Source of the DNA: Malacoraja senta
Lineage: Eukaryota
DNA: 64,000 nt
Direction of reading: 5' to 3'
NCBI GenBank assembly: GCA_038087875.1
Contig: CM075987.1
Location: 22,258,001-22,322,000 of the forward strand
Shown here: piece after piece, positions 11,721-25,295 of the stretch
Numbering within the stretch: position 1 is the first letter of the stretch
Layout: each line of letters opens with the position of its first letter
Notes under the pieces: generated by a model
Database searches by the model: none
Seen by the model: only the letters and a program-made list of their open reading frames with translations
Told to the model about the DNA's origin: nothing
Program-made: the position numbers and the translations under genes

Positions 11721-14700
11721 CAACGAATTAGTTACCTGTCAACCTGAAAATAACCCTTTTACATCTTGGTTGGATGTTCTGTTTTTCAGTATTCTCAAGG
11801 CCGATCTTGGTAGCTGGTATTGGACCAAGGTAGTCAGAGACCACGGGGGATGAGGCAGAGATAGGACTTGCTGAACAGGACCATCCAGGGTCATATTGAA
11901 TGGCCAAGCTGCCTCAAGGGCAGTATGACCTACATGTGCTTCAATTTCTTGTGCTCTAACGCAGCACTCGACTGAAGTTCATCAACTATATTCACTGCAA
12001 ATTTGCATGGCTAATGGGCATATGTACTGCTTAATGTGATATGGAATTATACATTTCTAGAATTTGCTGTTTGGAAGTGAGCTTGATGATTATGGGGTGA
12101 AGATAGAATTGTTACAGCTACTGAAAAGCCTTCTACCAGTTATTACCACAGTATGTACATGAATACAGAGCACTGGCAAGCAGGCAGTTGGCTGTGGTGT
12201 AAACATATAGACGTGATAATCAGTGGGGTGTAATTTCTGTGGGGGAAATGAATTAGCAGCCAGATTTACACCCAAATTGATTTTGTTTTCCTGCAAAAAC
12301 TATCCGCAACTGATTCGATTTTGACAGATTACGATAAATCTCCGGAACATTTTACAGCGTTTGTTTCTTTAAGGCAGCAAGAGAATAAAATGGGCCGGAC
12401 ACAAAGCCAGAGACAGTAAATTGTTGCCACTTATATTGCAGCCAATCAAAGTTTCACCTGTGGTAATTTCACGATGCTTTGTGTTGTGTAACAGCAAGAA
12501 AACCACATCTCTCGCGATTCCTGTTCATTTAACTGTGAACTGACAGATGTGCAGAGCGGCGGCGTTGCTGGGAGGTTAGAGAGCTGAATCAATCCAGACA
12601 ATTGCACAAGAAGATGATTTAACAGGTTTAGAAAGAAAGGGGGACTCTTGGACTGTGAGACAGCAGATTCCAAAGCCTCTCTGCACACCTACAGATCAGT
12701 CATTGTGTGAGCCCGTCGGACGTCTTTGCACGAGATCTCCCTCTTGCATTTAATCTCAGCCTCTGCATCGTGCAGAGAAAGGTCACTTAGCTAAAAAATA
12801 TATTTTTTAACATACTAGCACCTGCTGGTCAAGTATTTTCAAAAAATAAATTGCATTTGTGCTTGTAAAAGTGATCAATGTGTAACACTTGTAGAGAGGG
12901 GTTGTTTGCATTTCTCGCATTTTGTCCTCTCTCCTTCTTCCTGGGAGTTGTTTGAGGTAGTTTTGTATTACTAGACTTTTCCAGTACTTTATTTTCATAT
13001 TATTCAAGGCCAAGGGAGAAGGCCGCAGCCCATCTGGTTGGTCTCATTCACGTGACCCTCCTTGCTTTACTCCAACATCAATAATAATATTTTTTTTTCC
13101 ATAAGTGTTTTCACGTGTACAGATTCACCCATCCCTACCTACATGTTACCAACATTGGCTTTCAGTCCAGCAATGCCTCGATTTAAAAAAAAAATCCCAT
13201 CCCCAAGTTTTAATTTCCCCATGTCCTCACCCCACCCCACCCTACCTCCGAAATCTCCATTGGCCCAAGAACATTGTGCTCCTACAATCCTGATCTCTTG
13301 ATTTTCATCAAAACATTTTAAATCTGGCAATCATTGGTGACCATACCTTGGTGAACACACTCAGCCCTCAGTTCTGCAATTCTCCCTCTTGTTTTGTCTC
13401 TTTAACTCTTCTCATTTTATAGATGTTCCCTTAATGCCTAATCTTTGGCCTCGGTGGTTCATCATTGGTTCAAATGTCCCCTTATGTGGCTCAGTGTCAA
13501 ATTCTGTTTTATCATGCTCCTTGAAGTGCCTAGAGGCAATTTACTACATCTAAGACATTAAATGAATTCATCGTTGATGTCATCAGGGTTTGAGAAGGTA
13601 ATTCCTTCTCACCCAACAATGATCATATCACCAGACTTGAGGCCAAGAAACACAGCTCCCTTTCTGCTTAATATATTTTTCCAACTGGTTTGTATTATTT
13701 GTGTGTTGTGGGCCTGGATGCTTGAGAATAGACAGATCTTAGAGCTGTTGATCCATGATTAGAATGCCAAGATCCTTCCAAATAACACAACTTCAGCAGT
13801 ATGGTTAACTTTTAGGACTGCTGTCAGAAACAAACTCAAAATCCACCTGACATTCTCCAGAGTGGCACTACCAGAGGTGCTGTCTTTGAAATGAAAAGCT
13901 AAAATGAGGTCCTCTTCTGCTTTCTCACATAAATATGAAGGTCCCACAGTCCTGTCTTGAAGAAGGGTAGGTGGAGCTCATCGGTGCCACATCCAACTTC
14001 CGTCCTCCTATACGTTTGCTATTCAGAAGGTAAAGTCTCTTGTCTTCAGTTTCGCCAGAAGTTTTGTTAATTTTGTCAAAAAATCCTGGTTCGGTCGGGG
14101 TTGATAGGTTCCTGCCAACATTGACACCTCTTTTTTTTTTTTTTTAAACAATGTCTTCTTCAACTCCTCCATCCGATTTGGGGAAAGTAAACTCTCTCAT
14201 GTCTATGAACTTTTATGAGGTCTGTGTTCTGGGTTTGTGTTTTGTTTTTTCAAACTTCCTTCAATTTAATGTCAAAATGAAATCCTAGCTATCCAGAACC
14301 ACAGAGAACAAGCTCGATTTCCAAATCTGCGACAGAGAGCTAACCTGCCATTGGCACACACTTGCAAACTGATGCCATGTATTTTTATAATTTTCTAATG
14401 GGACCCAAGAGGGTTCTTTCCTTGGTCACAGAGATCAATAGATTTTTAGATATGAAGTGATTCAATGGAAATGGAGTTAGTACAGGATAGTGATGCACAG
14501 ATAACGATCAGTTGAATGGAGAGAAGCTATGAAGAGCTGAATGGACAACTCCTGCTTCTACTTTTTATGTTCTCACCTTGGTGCAGACTTTGTTAATGAA
14601 TGCGTCTGGAAAATTGGCTGCACCCGTCAATGGTTTCTAAGATTACAATTGTAATGTTTCTCATAGTCAACCTTGTAAACTTTGGGGGGGGGTTTCAAAT

Positions 14701-15269
14701 CAACCACCGTTCACTGTTCCCTCTAAGATATCTCCAGAGCCTTGAAATCAAAATCCAGGCTGACACATCCTCTGTACTGAGGTTGTAGTGAGGGTATGTG
14801 ACTGAGAGATCATTCAAAACTTGAAGCTATCCAAATTCTGCTGCCTGCATTTTAACATGAACTTTGCTGTTCATCCATCATCTCCATCAGGGCCAGAGAC
14901 TGGTCTCTGTTGCTGGCCCCTGGTTATGCAATATCTGAATCTAAAATTCCCAGCCTTTGATGTAATCTTGTCCAAACCAAGAACTGTGTCAGATCTCTGA
15001 TCTCCCATTCTGGTCTCTGAAACATCCTCAGATTTATTACCATCAGCTTTTGAGATTCTGGGCTCCAAGATTCATTGCCCTTCCTTTTTTACCCCTGCCT
15101 CTCAATCCTTCCTAATGTCACTCCTTGAAACCTAACTGATAACCAAGGTTTTCCTCGCCTACTGTAATACCTACTTTTATGGTTCAGTAACAAATAATCC
15201 GTGGCAGGACTTGGACCACTTTGTTCCGCTAAAGTACATAAATAGAGATTGTTGTTGTTTTTGCGAGAT

Positions 15270-15510
15270 TGCATTCTTCCGATGAAATGTTAATCAGTCT
15301 CCGGTAGATGTAAATGATCTTCTGGCCACTATTCTGAAGGAACTCCCTCGTGCCCTAGCAATAGTTATTTCTCAAATAATCTGACTAAATCTGCTTTTCT
15401 GGGTATTATGACATTGCTGTTTATGGAAATTTGTTGTGTGCAAATTGGATGACATGCTTGTTACATTACAACAGTGACCACACTCCAATAACAGTCTCTT
15501 GATGTACAGT
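15270..15510 (+). mobile_element. Deu-domain SINE (SacSINE/AmnSINE-like) remnant
   Basis: CATTGCTGTTTATGGAAATTTGTTGTGTGCAAATTGG...TACATTACAACAGTGACCACACT. Confidence 0.6.
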
Positions 15511-16577
15511 GCAAGTTTTTCTTCATTCACCTTCTCTTGAACAACAGCAATATGGAAAGATTAACAGTGATATACCACCCTTGGAGATGCACAAGCTCAG
15601 CTTAAAGTCCATCACAGCAGCAAAACTGCATACAAAATGGGCCATTCCCACACAATGATAAGGGAAAAGGATGGAATTTGTGACCAGATGATTGAATGTG
15701 CAGGGATCAAAGACTATGGCTTTGAGGTCTTGAATTATCTACTCTTCTTATACTGGTTGGGGATTCACCAGCATGTTGCTTGGGATAGAGCAGTTCGTTT
15801 GTGAGGAGAGACTGGTGAAGCTAGTTCTCCCTAGAGTGAGGAGGTTAAGAGGGGAGTAATTGAAATTATGAGAGGTATAGAAAGGGGTGACTGCAAGAAG
15901 CCTCTCCCCATATCAGAGGTAGATAACCGTAAAGGACATAGATTTAGGGAAAGGGATTTAGCAGAGAGGTACACTATGGGGGACTTTCTTCACCCAGCCA
16001 ACGTTAAGTACATGGAATGCATTGCCAGGGAGAATGGTTGAAACTGGATCATTGACAGTGTTTATAAAGTATCTAGATGACCACTTGAACTGCTCATCTA
16101 CATACTATGGACCAAGTACTGGGAGATGGGATTGGCAACTGCCAACTGTCCATGTGGATGAATTAGGCCACATCGCTGTACAATTCTTTGTAAAGCTATC
16201 ACAAGGAAGGACTGGTTGACGTAGGAGAGATATAATGGTGAGATAGATCTGGATATTGTAAACTGCATGTTAGATGATTTTACCAAGGGACAGAACGTAG
16301 AAGGGAATTAGAAGGAAACCAAAGAACGCTCTGTGTGGATCCCAAGATAACATTGCTGGAGTGAGGATGAAGTGGAAATAATATAAAACGCGTACAAATG
16401 AAAAGATGTTTAAAGAAGAGAGAAAAACAGAGAAGAAGAGAAATGACAAAGGATTCACAAGAAAGGATTCACCATTCAGGATAAAACAGTTTATTACAAC
16501 GCCACATAAACAGTTGAATTCATCACTTTCACCATTGATGCACTGTGCGTACTCCACAAACTGGTTTGTGTATCCCT

Positions 16578-16835
16578 TTTTTTCCACCCGGAGAGTTGTG
16601 AATCTGTGGAATTCTCTGCCACAGAAAGCAGTGGAGGCCAAATCACTGGATGTTTTCAAGAGAGAATTACAGTATATATAGATCTTAGGACTAACGCAAT
16701 TAATGGATGTGGGGAGAAAGCAGGAACGGGGTACTGATTTTGGGTGATCGGCCATGATCATACTGAATGGCGGTGCTGGCTCGAAGGGCTGAATGGCCTA
16801 CTCCTGCACCTATTTTCTATGTTCTATGTTTTCAT
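16578..16835 (+). mobile_element. CR1 LINE 3' end
   Basis: Encodes RVVNLWNSLPQKAVEAKSLDVFKREL, followed by the CR1 3' UTR and TTCTATG tail. Confidence 0.88.
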
Positions 16836-17169
16836 GTAACTGGGAACTACTGCATGTAGGAACATTCTGGTTACTTTGACTGTAGCTCTTAGCCCCGCAA
16901 CCATCAGTATACAGAGCGTCAAAAGTGTGAATATTTAGTTCTCATTCAGGTTGGACGACTTCCTGGTTTGGACAAGCATTTGTATCGTTCATCATCATGG
17001 ATCAGAATACTTTCGTAGGGAACATTATCGGAGTAAATGAACCACAAAGGCTGCTGCAGTTTAAGGACCAAAGCCACCACAACCTTGTCAGGAGAAGTAG
17101 ATGTGGGCAATGAACATGAGGTCCTGTCAATGTTGCCCAAGATCAAGTCTACCTACCCAAGCACCATAT

Positions 17170-17690
17170 CACCCCCTTCTTCCCCCCCCCCACCTCTCCC
17201 TTCCCTGATCCCCACACGACTGTCTCCATTTCTCCCACTATCCTACCCCCTATCCCCTTGCCTTCCGTCTCTTTCCACCGACATCCCTTCCTCTGGCTTC
17301 ACATATCAAGAGAGAGTCAAGAGTGTTTCATTGTCATATGTCCCGAAACGGAGCAATGAAATTCTCACTTAGATATCACTCCTCCTCTCTCCTTACCTTA
17401 CATCTTTTTTCATCTCCAGCAATTGTCCATCTATCTACCTATCAAAGCTACTCTCGCCTGTATCCACCTATCACTTGCCAGGCTCCCGCCCCCACATCTC
17501 TTTTCTAGCTCACCCCCCACCCCCTATCCCCCCCGCCCCCCCTTCACAATCACTCTGAAGAAGAGCTGCAACCCAAAAAATCACCTATCCATGTCCTCCA
17601 GAGATGCTACCCCGACATGCTGAGTTACTCCAGCACTCTGCGTGTGTTCTTTCCGTAAACCAGCGTCAGCAGTTCCTTGTGTCTACATTA
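17170..17690 (+). mobile_element. Decayed PLE 3' region with a short Rex-type tail inserted at about 17305-17370
   Basis: Pyrimidine-rich UTR, degenerate CTGAAGAAG...CCCAAAA core, and GAGTTACTCCAGCA...CAGTTCCTTGTGTCT end. Confidence 0.65.
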
Positions 17691-18472
17691 TCCAAGCTCC
17701 AACTGGTTGCTCCTTGGTATCTGCTGGAAGGAGCTTCAGCATGGGTTTCGGGTGAAAGAAATCCAGAAGGATTTGTGTTTTTATACGCCTATTTTTCAAT
17801 TATCTTAGAATGAAAAACCCCCCACTATGCGCAACTTTTAAACTTGAGTGACTGTTGTAATGTAGGAAATGTCCCAGCTAGTTGTACGCTGCCAGCAATG
17901 TTATAGTGATTGAAAACCTATTTTGGTGATGTTGGTTGAAGGGTAAAATATTCATTGGGATGCCACAAAGATATCCCAGGCTTGTCTTCCAAACACAAGA
18001 TGGGTACATGTGGGCACAGATGACTATTAATATCTCATTCAATAGCAGCGATTCCAACCACTCAATGCTTCCGTGGTATCGGGGCTATCATCCTGGGTTT
18101 CGGGCAAGAATGGCCTCGGTTGAATCATGTACTGCCTTGATTTATATATGAAGAATGAAGGTCCTGTGGAATAAAAACAGTGCTGCCGTGGCTCAAACAC
18201 AGTTAATATGTTCAGGAGAGGAAAGGGTGAAAATTGGAGAGAGGAAAGCAAATCTTTGAATTTGCTGGAGCGGCAAGATAAATATATTTATGATGAAAAA
18301 GCCTTTTTTTTTTTTGCTGCTTTTCCTCTGCAGACATCAGCAGCCGCTTGTTGGTTGGGTTTTTAATAATCATTCTTGTCCTGGTTTCCCGTTGCCATCT
18401 GAGCCTGCCTCTGATTCCCAGAATGCCAGGGTAAAAATAAAAATCTATGAAAACCTTTCAAGGGGAAAGGCC

Positions 18473-18486
18473 ATCTCCTTGGCAAC
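18473..18486 (+). promoter_or_regulatory. Candidate RFX X-box
   Basis: ATCTCCTTGGCAAC in a TE-free island. Confidence 0.4.
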
Positions 18487-18727
18487 GGCTGCTTATTGGC
18501 TGGGACGGCAGAGGCTTTGTGCTGTGTAGTGTTGGCAGGGTGTCAGTGAGCAGTGATTAATGAGCCAGGGATGGTAGATCCACAGACTGAGCGTGAGGCA
18601 GCAAATCGTGTTTTTCCTGAATGGTGCTTTTGGTCATTGCTTTTTGTCTTTGGTAGTTTCGAGTATCACCTAAAATGATTAAACCCCCTCCTGCACAGAA
18701 GAAAAAAATAAAGCAAAACCCCCCGAC

Positions 18728-18995
18728 ATGTGTAGGAAGGAACTGCAGGTTTGCACCGAAGATAGACACAAAATGCTGGAGTAACTCAGCGGGACAGGCA
18801 CCATCTCTGGAGAGAAGGAATGGGTGACGTTTCGGGGCCGAGACCCTTCTTCAGACTGAGAAGCAGTCTGAAGAAGGGTCACGGCCTGAAACGTCACCCA
18901 TTCCTTCTCGAGTCTGAAGAAGGGTCTCGACCCAAAACGACACCTATTCAATTGCTCCAGAGATGCTGTCTGACCCGCTAAGTTGTTTGTGTCTA
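18728..18995. mobile_element. Inverted PLE-derived element with three hammerhead-core copies
   Basis: Cores at 18826-18854(-), 18868-18895(+) and 18914-18941(+, mutated). Confidence 0.85.
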
Positions 18996-21900
18996 ACCTC
19001 TTGAAGTGATAGATCAACACAAATAATTGCTAACAGGGGGGTAATTTGGTGGAGGTCTTTAAAATGATGAAGGGGTGCAGTAGTGGTGGGGAGGGGGGGG
19101 GTTCAGAACTGGAGTGGGGTTAGACGGGCGGAAGGGGTTGGGAGGGGCACATCATACTAGTAACGAAAGGGAAATGCTGCAGATGCTGGATTTCTGAAAT
19201 GAAAGCAGGAAAAAAAGGGAAATATTCCGTTTGCCAAACAGCAGATGTGAGGAGAGAAACGGAGGCAATGTTTCAGATTGATGACCTATTTCACAATATA
19301 AGATTGTTATTAACAAACCCAATGAGGTGTTGAGAAGTTTCACCCAGAGAGTGGTGATTGTGTGGAATCATCGAGGTGAATAGCAGGAATGCATTTGTAG
19401 AGAAAGCAGTGAAGTGCTTAGGTTGAAGGATGTGCAGATATTGAGTTGAGGTGACGAGGTGATGTCGGGAGGTTTGACAATGGGGGGGGGGGGTGGAGTG
19501 GGTTACTGGGAGCTACGGGATGAAGGTGGGAGGGGCTCATATGCAACTTAATCATTGACACGGACATTCTGGACCTACTATTCCTGTTAATTCTATGGAG
19601 GAATGCTTCCTTTTTCAATTTACTTTCCTTTCAGTCCTTTTGAACCTTGAAGTGTAGATCAACAGGCAGCAGGGGCCTTGCACCCAAGTTCTTTGTGTCT
19701 TATCCTGACTTTTCAACTGTGGTGAATAACATGACCCCTTCTTTGTTTGGATTCTACAAAGGTGGCATCATCTGTCTGCCACGAGTTGATGATTAGTAAG
19801 AGTACATCTGTCTGATTACTTTCCCTCCCCTTTGGCAGAGGAAGCAATGCCAGCTTCAGCCACCAACACCATCAGCTGACAGTGCAGACCCAATGTTGCA
19901 CCTGCCACTGATTCCAAGGTACTTAACAGGAGCATTAGCGAGCAGAATTTGACATTGGGCCACAATATGATATATTAGGAGCCGATGAGCCAAAGATTGG
20001 CTGAAGAGGTAGATTTTACAGCACGTGTTAAAGAACAAGCAAGAGGTGAGGATATAGAGGTTTGGAGGGTAATTGGAGTTTCCAGGTTTCCAGGTGCTGT
20101 AGATCTGAGTACCACTGGCAGATTTCAGTTTCAGCCTCATTAAAAGCTGGAGCTGTTTGTCATTGACTAGTTCAAACAGCTAAAAATGTGAACTTCCATG
20201 GAATTGTGGTATTTTGGCTACCTGTCTTCATTGCAATGCCAAGAGACCCCTGCATTGCCAGAGGCACCGCATTTCAAATGTGATCCAATACCAAAGCTCC
20301 GTCAGCCCTCACAGAGAGTTGATGAAAGATTTGTCAGCGTTGGCCTCACCATTGTGAAGTTTGAGGGGAGGAAGCTGGCCTGGAGTTTGGACACGGGACG
20401 ATCAGTATAGTTCATTTAATCCCAGTGAATAGTGCACATTCGGATATCAGGTGAGAACGGAATCAGTGTCACCTACAACATCATCCAGAATCAAATGCTC
20501 AGTAGATACCTAGCAACACATCATAATGAAAGAGACCATTTGGCCCTACATGTCTATGCCAGCCCTTCAATAGACCCATCCAATTAATTTGATGGATCTA
20601 TAGTGCTCTTTTTCTCTCAACTATTTATCTCATTTCCTTTTGAAAATTACTTCTTAGTCTGTTTCCATCATTCTTTCAGATAATGAGTTCCAGATCTGAT
20701 TTTTTTTTTAAAGAAACTTCCCATCTTCCAACTAGTTATTTTGTCATTTACCTTAGATCTGTGTTTTATGATTCTACATCTTCTGACTAGTTAAAATGGT
20801 TTATCTTTATTTTATGAATAGTCTCTTTAACCACCTCTATGCTGGCTTTCTGGTTTGCTGCTCTTTCCACTTATCTGCAGTCCTTGATCTTCAGGAAGAC
20901 TTTTCCCCTAAAAGAAGGTAAGATCAAGGAGTTCATTGGTTAAGTGTCAAATTTATGATGTTGGGGCATAACCTCAGAAAAGCTTCTTCCAAGTTGGATA
21001 TGTTCTCACACCACTCCACTGGAGTCTAATGATTATTTAGGAGGTCACCTCTGGGAAGCTGGGGAACAAAAAATAGATATGACTTTATAGTGCTTTTATA
21101 GCCTTCTATTCATTCAAAATGCTATTGAACTGTCGGCACCGTATTGCCAAAATTTGCACACAGCAGGCTCCCATAAACAATAATGTGAAACTGACCAGAT
21201 AATTTTTAATTATGATGCTGTGTTTGGTAGATTTTTTTGTTTGCACACCTTACCTCAAACTCCTGCAGTGTGCACCCTCCTCCAGGATGTGTGGTGGCAA
21301 GAGGTTTTCTGGACAAATAGTACCTCAAGGATGTCTCTATCGGTGTACCATCCTTACTGACACGGAAATTCCGGGACTGTGACCACTTGAAAAAGGGGAA
21401 AGGAGTCACCGGGATGGGGTTAAGAACCACCGGTCTCTTCACTGGCAACACACAGAAGCCCAGTCCAAACGGAGGGAGGATCACACCACCTCCCGCCCCA
21501 TCCACCCCGCTGCCTCAGCAGTGATAGAGACTGCAGGTCTCACAATGAACTCATCAGCCAACTCTGAACCCACAGACCTGGAGTGGAAGAATGCCATCCT
21601 CGACCTTGAGGCACTGCCTCAGAAATGATTCTCTTGTTGTAGTGTTGATGGAAGGGTAAACATTGGGCAGGTCAGTGGGACAACGATTCTCCTGTTTTGC
21701 TTCAGGGGAGAAAATGGTGATCATGAAAGCTCTTCCCTTGAATTCACTCGCTCTTTGCTTCATGAATATTAATACTCATATCAAAGCGATAGACTCATGG
21801 AATCTTCCAGCATAAAAGTAGGCCATTTCACCCATCATTGAAGTGCGCCAGAACTCTTTTTGTATGAGCAATCTCGTTCAATTTAACTCCCCTGCTCTGC

Positions 21901-23013
21901 ATTCTCTCTTTTTAATAACCCACCCTGCACAATCCCCACACTGTTAAATATCTCAGAAACTAACCCCAGTCTCCTGCTCATTTCCCATATCCTCTGACAT
22001 CTCAATCTAATCCTTGTCCTCTCCTCACTCCCCTCACTCACTCATTAAATGCCATCTAATATACTACTTGCTTGGTCCCCGTAGCTTTTAATATCAATCT
22101 AGTCAAATCCCACTTTCTCCAAATCGACAGCCCCTTGCCCCAGATACTCTTTAATACCCTACTCAATGTAATCCTTGCCCCTCCTCACCCTCTGCTCTTA
22201 AACTATCCTACCAATTTAATCCCGATCTTCTCTCCTAAATCCTTTAATATTTCTATATTCCCCCCCCCCCCCCCCAAGATATCGTCTAATTCCCTTTCAT
22301 GAACTCTACTTCAATGATGGTTTGCGAGAGAAAATTCCACATGCAAACCGCCCCCTGTGCTAGGAAGAGAATGTGCCTTTGAAGCAGCAGCTTCTCAGGC
22401 TGACCTACATAAGTCACATCGAGAATGTATTGCGAAAAATAAAAAATTTGCTCAAAATCCCTTCAGGTGCTTGGCTCTCTTTTTAATATTCACTCCATAG
22501 TTTCAAAAATTGAAATTAATTAGATGAAATTGAAATTAGTTGGTTATTTGGTTAAGACTAAAATCAGTCCGTCCCGAATACCCAGGAGACACAAGTGTTT
22601 TTGCGTTGTACAAAACTCCTAACCAATACTACCCTCATCTTCCACCAACAAGAATCCAGATTATTTCTCTGTTTGATTCCATTTTCTCAATTCATTGTCT
22701 AAATATCAATCCTTGAGCTGAAGTTTGATTTTAGGCTGTAACTTCAATAGTCAATGTTCATTCTATGGGACGAGCCCTATAAAACTGAGGCTTCTGGAGC
22801 TGGTAAGAGGTTGTGTGTTGCTGAAAATGAACCACTTCTCATATACTCTTCACAACCTACTAGGCACAAGTCAAGAGTGTAAAGGAATACTGTTCTGTTG
22901 TCTGGATGAGTGTGGTTGCAAGCAACATTCAAGAAGTCTTACACCATTCAGAATAAATCGACTTGTTCTGCATCCTACCACGATCCCAGCCACCTACTCT
23001 CTCATCACATTTA

Positions 23014-23163
23014 ATTCTTGATTAGTACAGGTGTCAGAGGTTATGCGGAGAAGGCAGGAGAATGGGGTTAGGAGGGAGAGATAGATCAGCCAGGATTGAA
23101 TGGCGGAGTAGACTCGATGGGCCGAATGGCCTAATTCTACTCCTATTCCTTATGACCTTATGA
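23014..23163 (+). mobile_element. CR1 LINE 3' end (second subfamily)
   Basis: GAATGGCGGAGTAGACTCGATGGGCCGAATGGCCTAATTCT with (CCTTATGA) tail; related to about 51050-51195. Confidence 0.8.
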
Positions 23164-24489
23164 TCACCAGTACGGTGTGTTTGTTGTACATACCATCTAC
23201 AGGATGCACCAAAAACTTGCTAAAGGTTTCCATAATAGTAACTCCACCATATCCTATAAAGAAAGGAATAGCAGGTTCATATGCGCTATCATGCTCCATG
23301 CAAAACCGTGCTCGTGTGTGCATGTGAACCTAAACCATATTGGCAAGTAATTCCAAAGTGAGAATTTCTGACAGTGCAACACTATCTAAATTCTTCACTG
23401 GAACAGCCTTCCGTTATTGTTCTCCAGTGTTCTGAATGAGGACCAGTACACATAATATTCTGACTCTGAGGTACGAGTGCTATCCACTGAGCAATGAGCT
23501 TTGTATGGCTCAGTTCCAGCATGGATAATGGACTTAGCAGCTGATCAATTGAGGGCCATTGAGGGCATGTATTCTGCAGATCTATATTCTTCACTCTGTG
23601 TCTTGCCCTTTGCTCTATCTATTGTACATCAGTTTGACTTGAATGTATTTATGTGTAGTATTATCTGATCTGATTGGATAGCTTGCAAAACAAAGTTTTA
23701 CATTGTACCTTGGTGCACATGATGATAATAAACCTAGACCTAAATGATACAACTGTGACTTTAAATGCCATTTTATTCTTAATATTGAGCACGTATATCA
23801 AACTGTACCAAAAGACAAACATAGGGAGGGCTCATGCACATGCCATGGCTACCTCGTCGACGGTAGAAAGGGGGAACTGGAAGAGAAGTTATTGAGTGTA
23901 AGGACAAGTTCTGCCAACCAGACAAGAGTATTAATATAGGGGAAACTGTTGGGTCTGTACTTAAGAAAGAAACAAGCCCCAAGATCTTCCTGATGGGGGA
24001 TGAAGTTGTACAGAGATGAACGCCCATGGTAAAGGTGAACTGGTTGGGTCCAGGGATTTGGAAGTTATCAAAATAGTGCAGGGCATGAGAGGTTTTATGA
24101 TGTAAGTGGGAAAGGACTGGACATGAAGAGACAGGATGGAGTCCAGCTACAAAGAATTTTGTTTTAGACGGCACCTCTGACCCACTGATAAGTCTATACT
24201 TATCGAGTGAGTATAGACTCAATGGGCCAAATAGCTTCTTCTTGTGTCATAAAGAAAAATGACTGAAAATACAGATAAGGTGGGAATTTGAAACAAAAGC
24301 AAAGAGTAATAAAGGTGTTCTGCAGGTCAGGCATCACCTTTGGAGATGAAATTATTTCATGTTTCTCTATGGGAAGTCAAGTATAAGGGGGAAGTACAAA
24401 TTTGATTTTTAACACCATTGATGTACAGAGGGGATCTAAGTCCATAACTCCCTGAAATTTGCAACACAAGTACATAAAGTGGAGATTCC

Positions 24490-25060
24490 CTCTACTATTT
24501 TTGACAGGACACCTGAACCTAATAGGATCCCCCATATTCACACCTCCCCACGTGCACCAGCTTCTCCATTCACTTGCCCTTTCTCCACCATTTCCATGAC
24601 GTTAAGCTTGACGGCAACACCCAACACATCACCCGCTCCTCTTCCAGCATTCCAAGCGGATCGTTCCTGTGGCGACTACTCAGTGTACTCCTCTTTACCC
24701 CATCCACAACCCTTCCCTTCCATGTTCCTACGCCAATCGCCCTTTTACCTACCTCACCACCCCGGGCCCCAAGGGCTCCTTTTGGATGATGCACATCTTT
24801 CAATGTGTTATCCATACCCTCAGCTCAAGGTGAATACAAGTGGGGAAATGCCCATCAGATGACACTTTGTAGGAGCCCCTTGTTGCTTCTGTAAACGTGA
24901 ACCAAGCTTCCAATCACCTGTTACTATAATTCACTTCCTTGCATTCACTCTAATCTCACTGCCCTTGGCTTCCGATGCTGTTCCAAAGAAACTCAGAGAA
25001 CAGCAAGGTCTTTTGATTGGGCACCTTTTGTCTTCAACATTTGCCACTGAATTCAACGAA
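24490..25060 (+). mobile_element. Highly decayed PLE fragment (RT-endonuclease linker region)
   Basis: Patchy similarity to 27445-27730 (region AFQADRSCGDYSVYSSLP; tccgggccccaag-like segment resembling tccaaggaccccag). Confidence 0.5.
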
Positions 25061-25295
25061 CTTCATATAATGGCTCTGCTTTTCATTTGTACTCCTCTAA
25101 TTCCATATTTTCTTTCTTGACTCGTTGATTATGGCCAAAGGGTGGTGAGATTGCAGCAAAGGGTGAGACTAAAGGATGAGATTTACATCCCATCATCTCC
25201 TTTGTTTTGTAATTCCGTCTGCCTTCCACCCTCACACAGAACTTCCTTTTCATTCTTTCCTTCTTTACATTTCTCCTTATGTGGAGAATCTTGAA

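Noticed and set aside
18473-18499. MHC class II-type S-X-Y module
   Set aside because: X-to-Y spacing is only 8 bp, no X2 or S box is evident, and no MHC exons are nearby.
21206-21505. Minus-strand ORF with a good splice donor (GAG|GTAAG near 21250) as a host exon
   Set aside because: The translation resembles no protein I recognise, there is no clear acceptor and no partner exons; RNA-seq or BLASTX would be needed.
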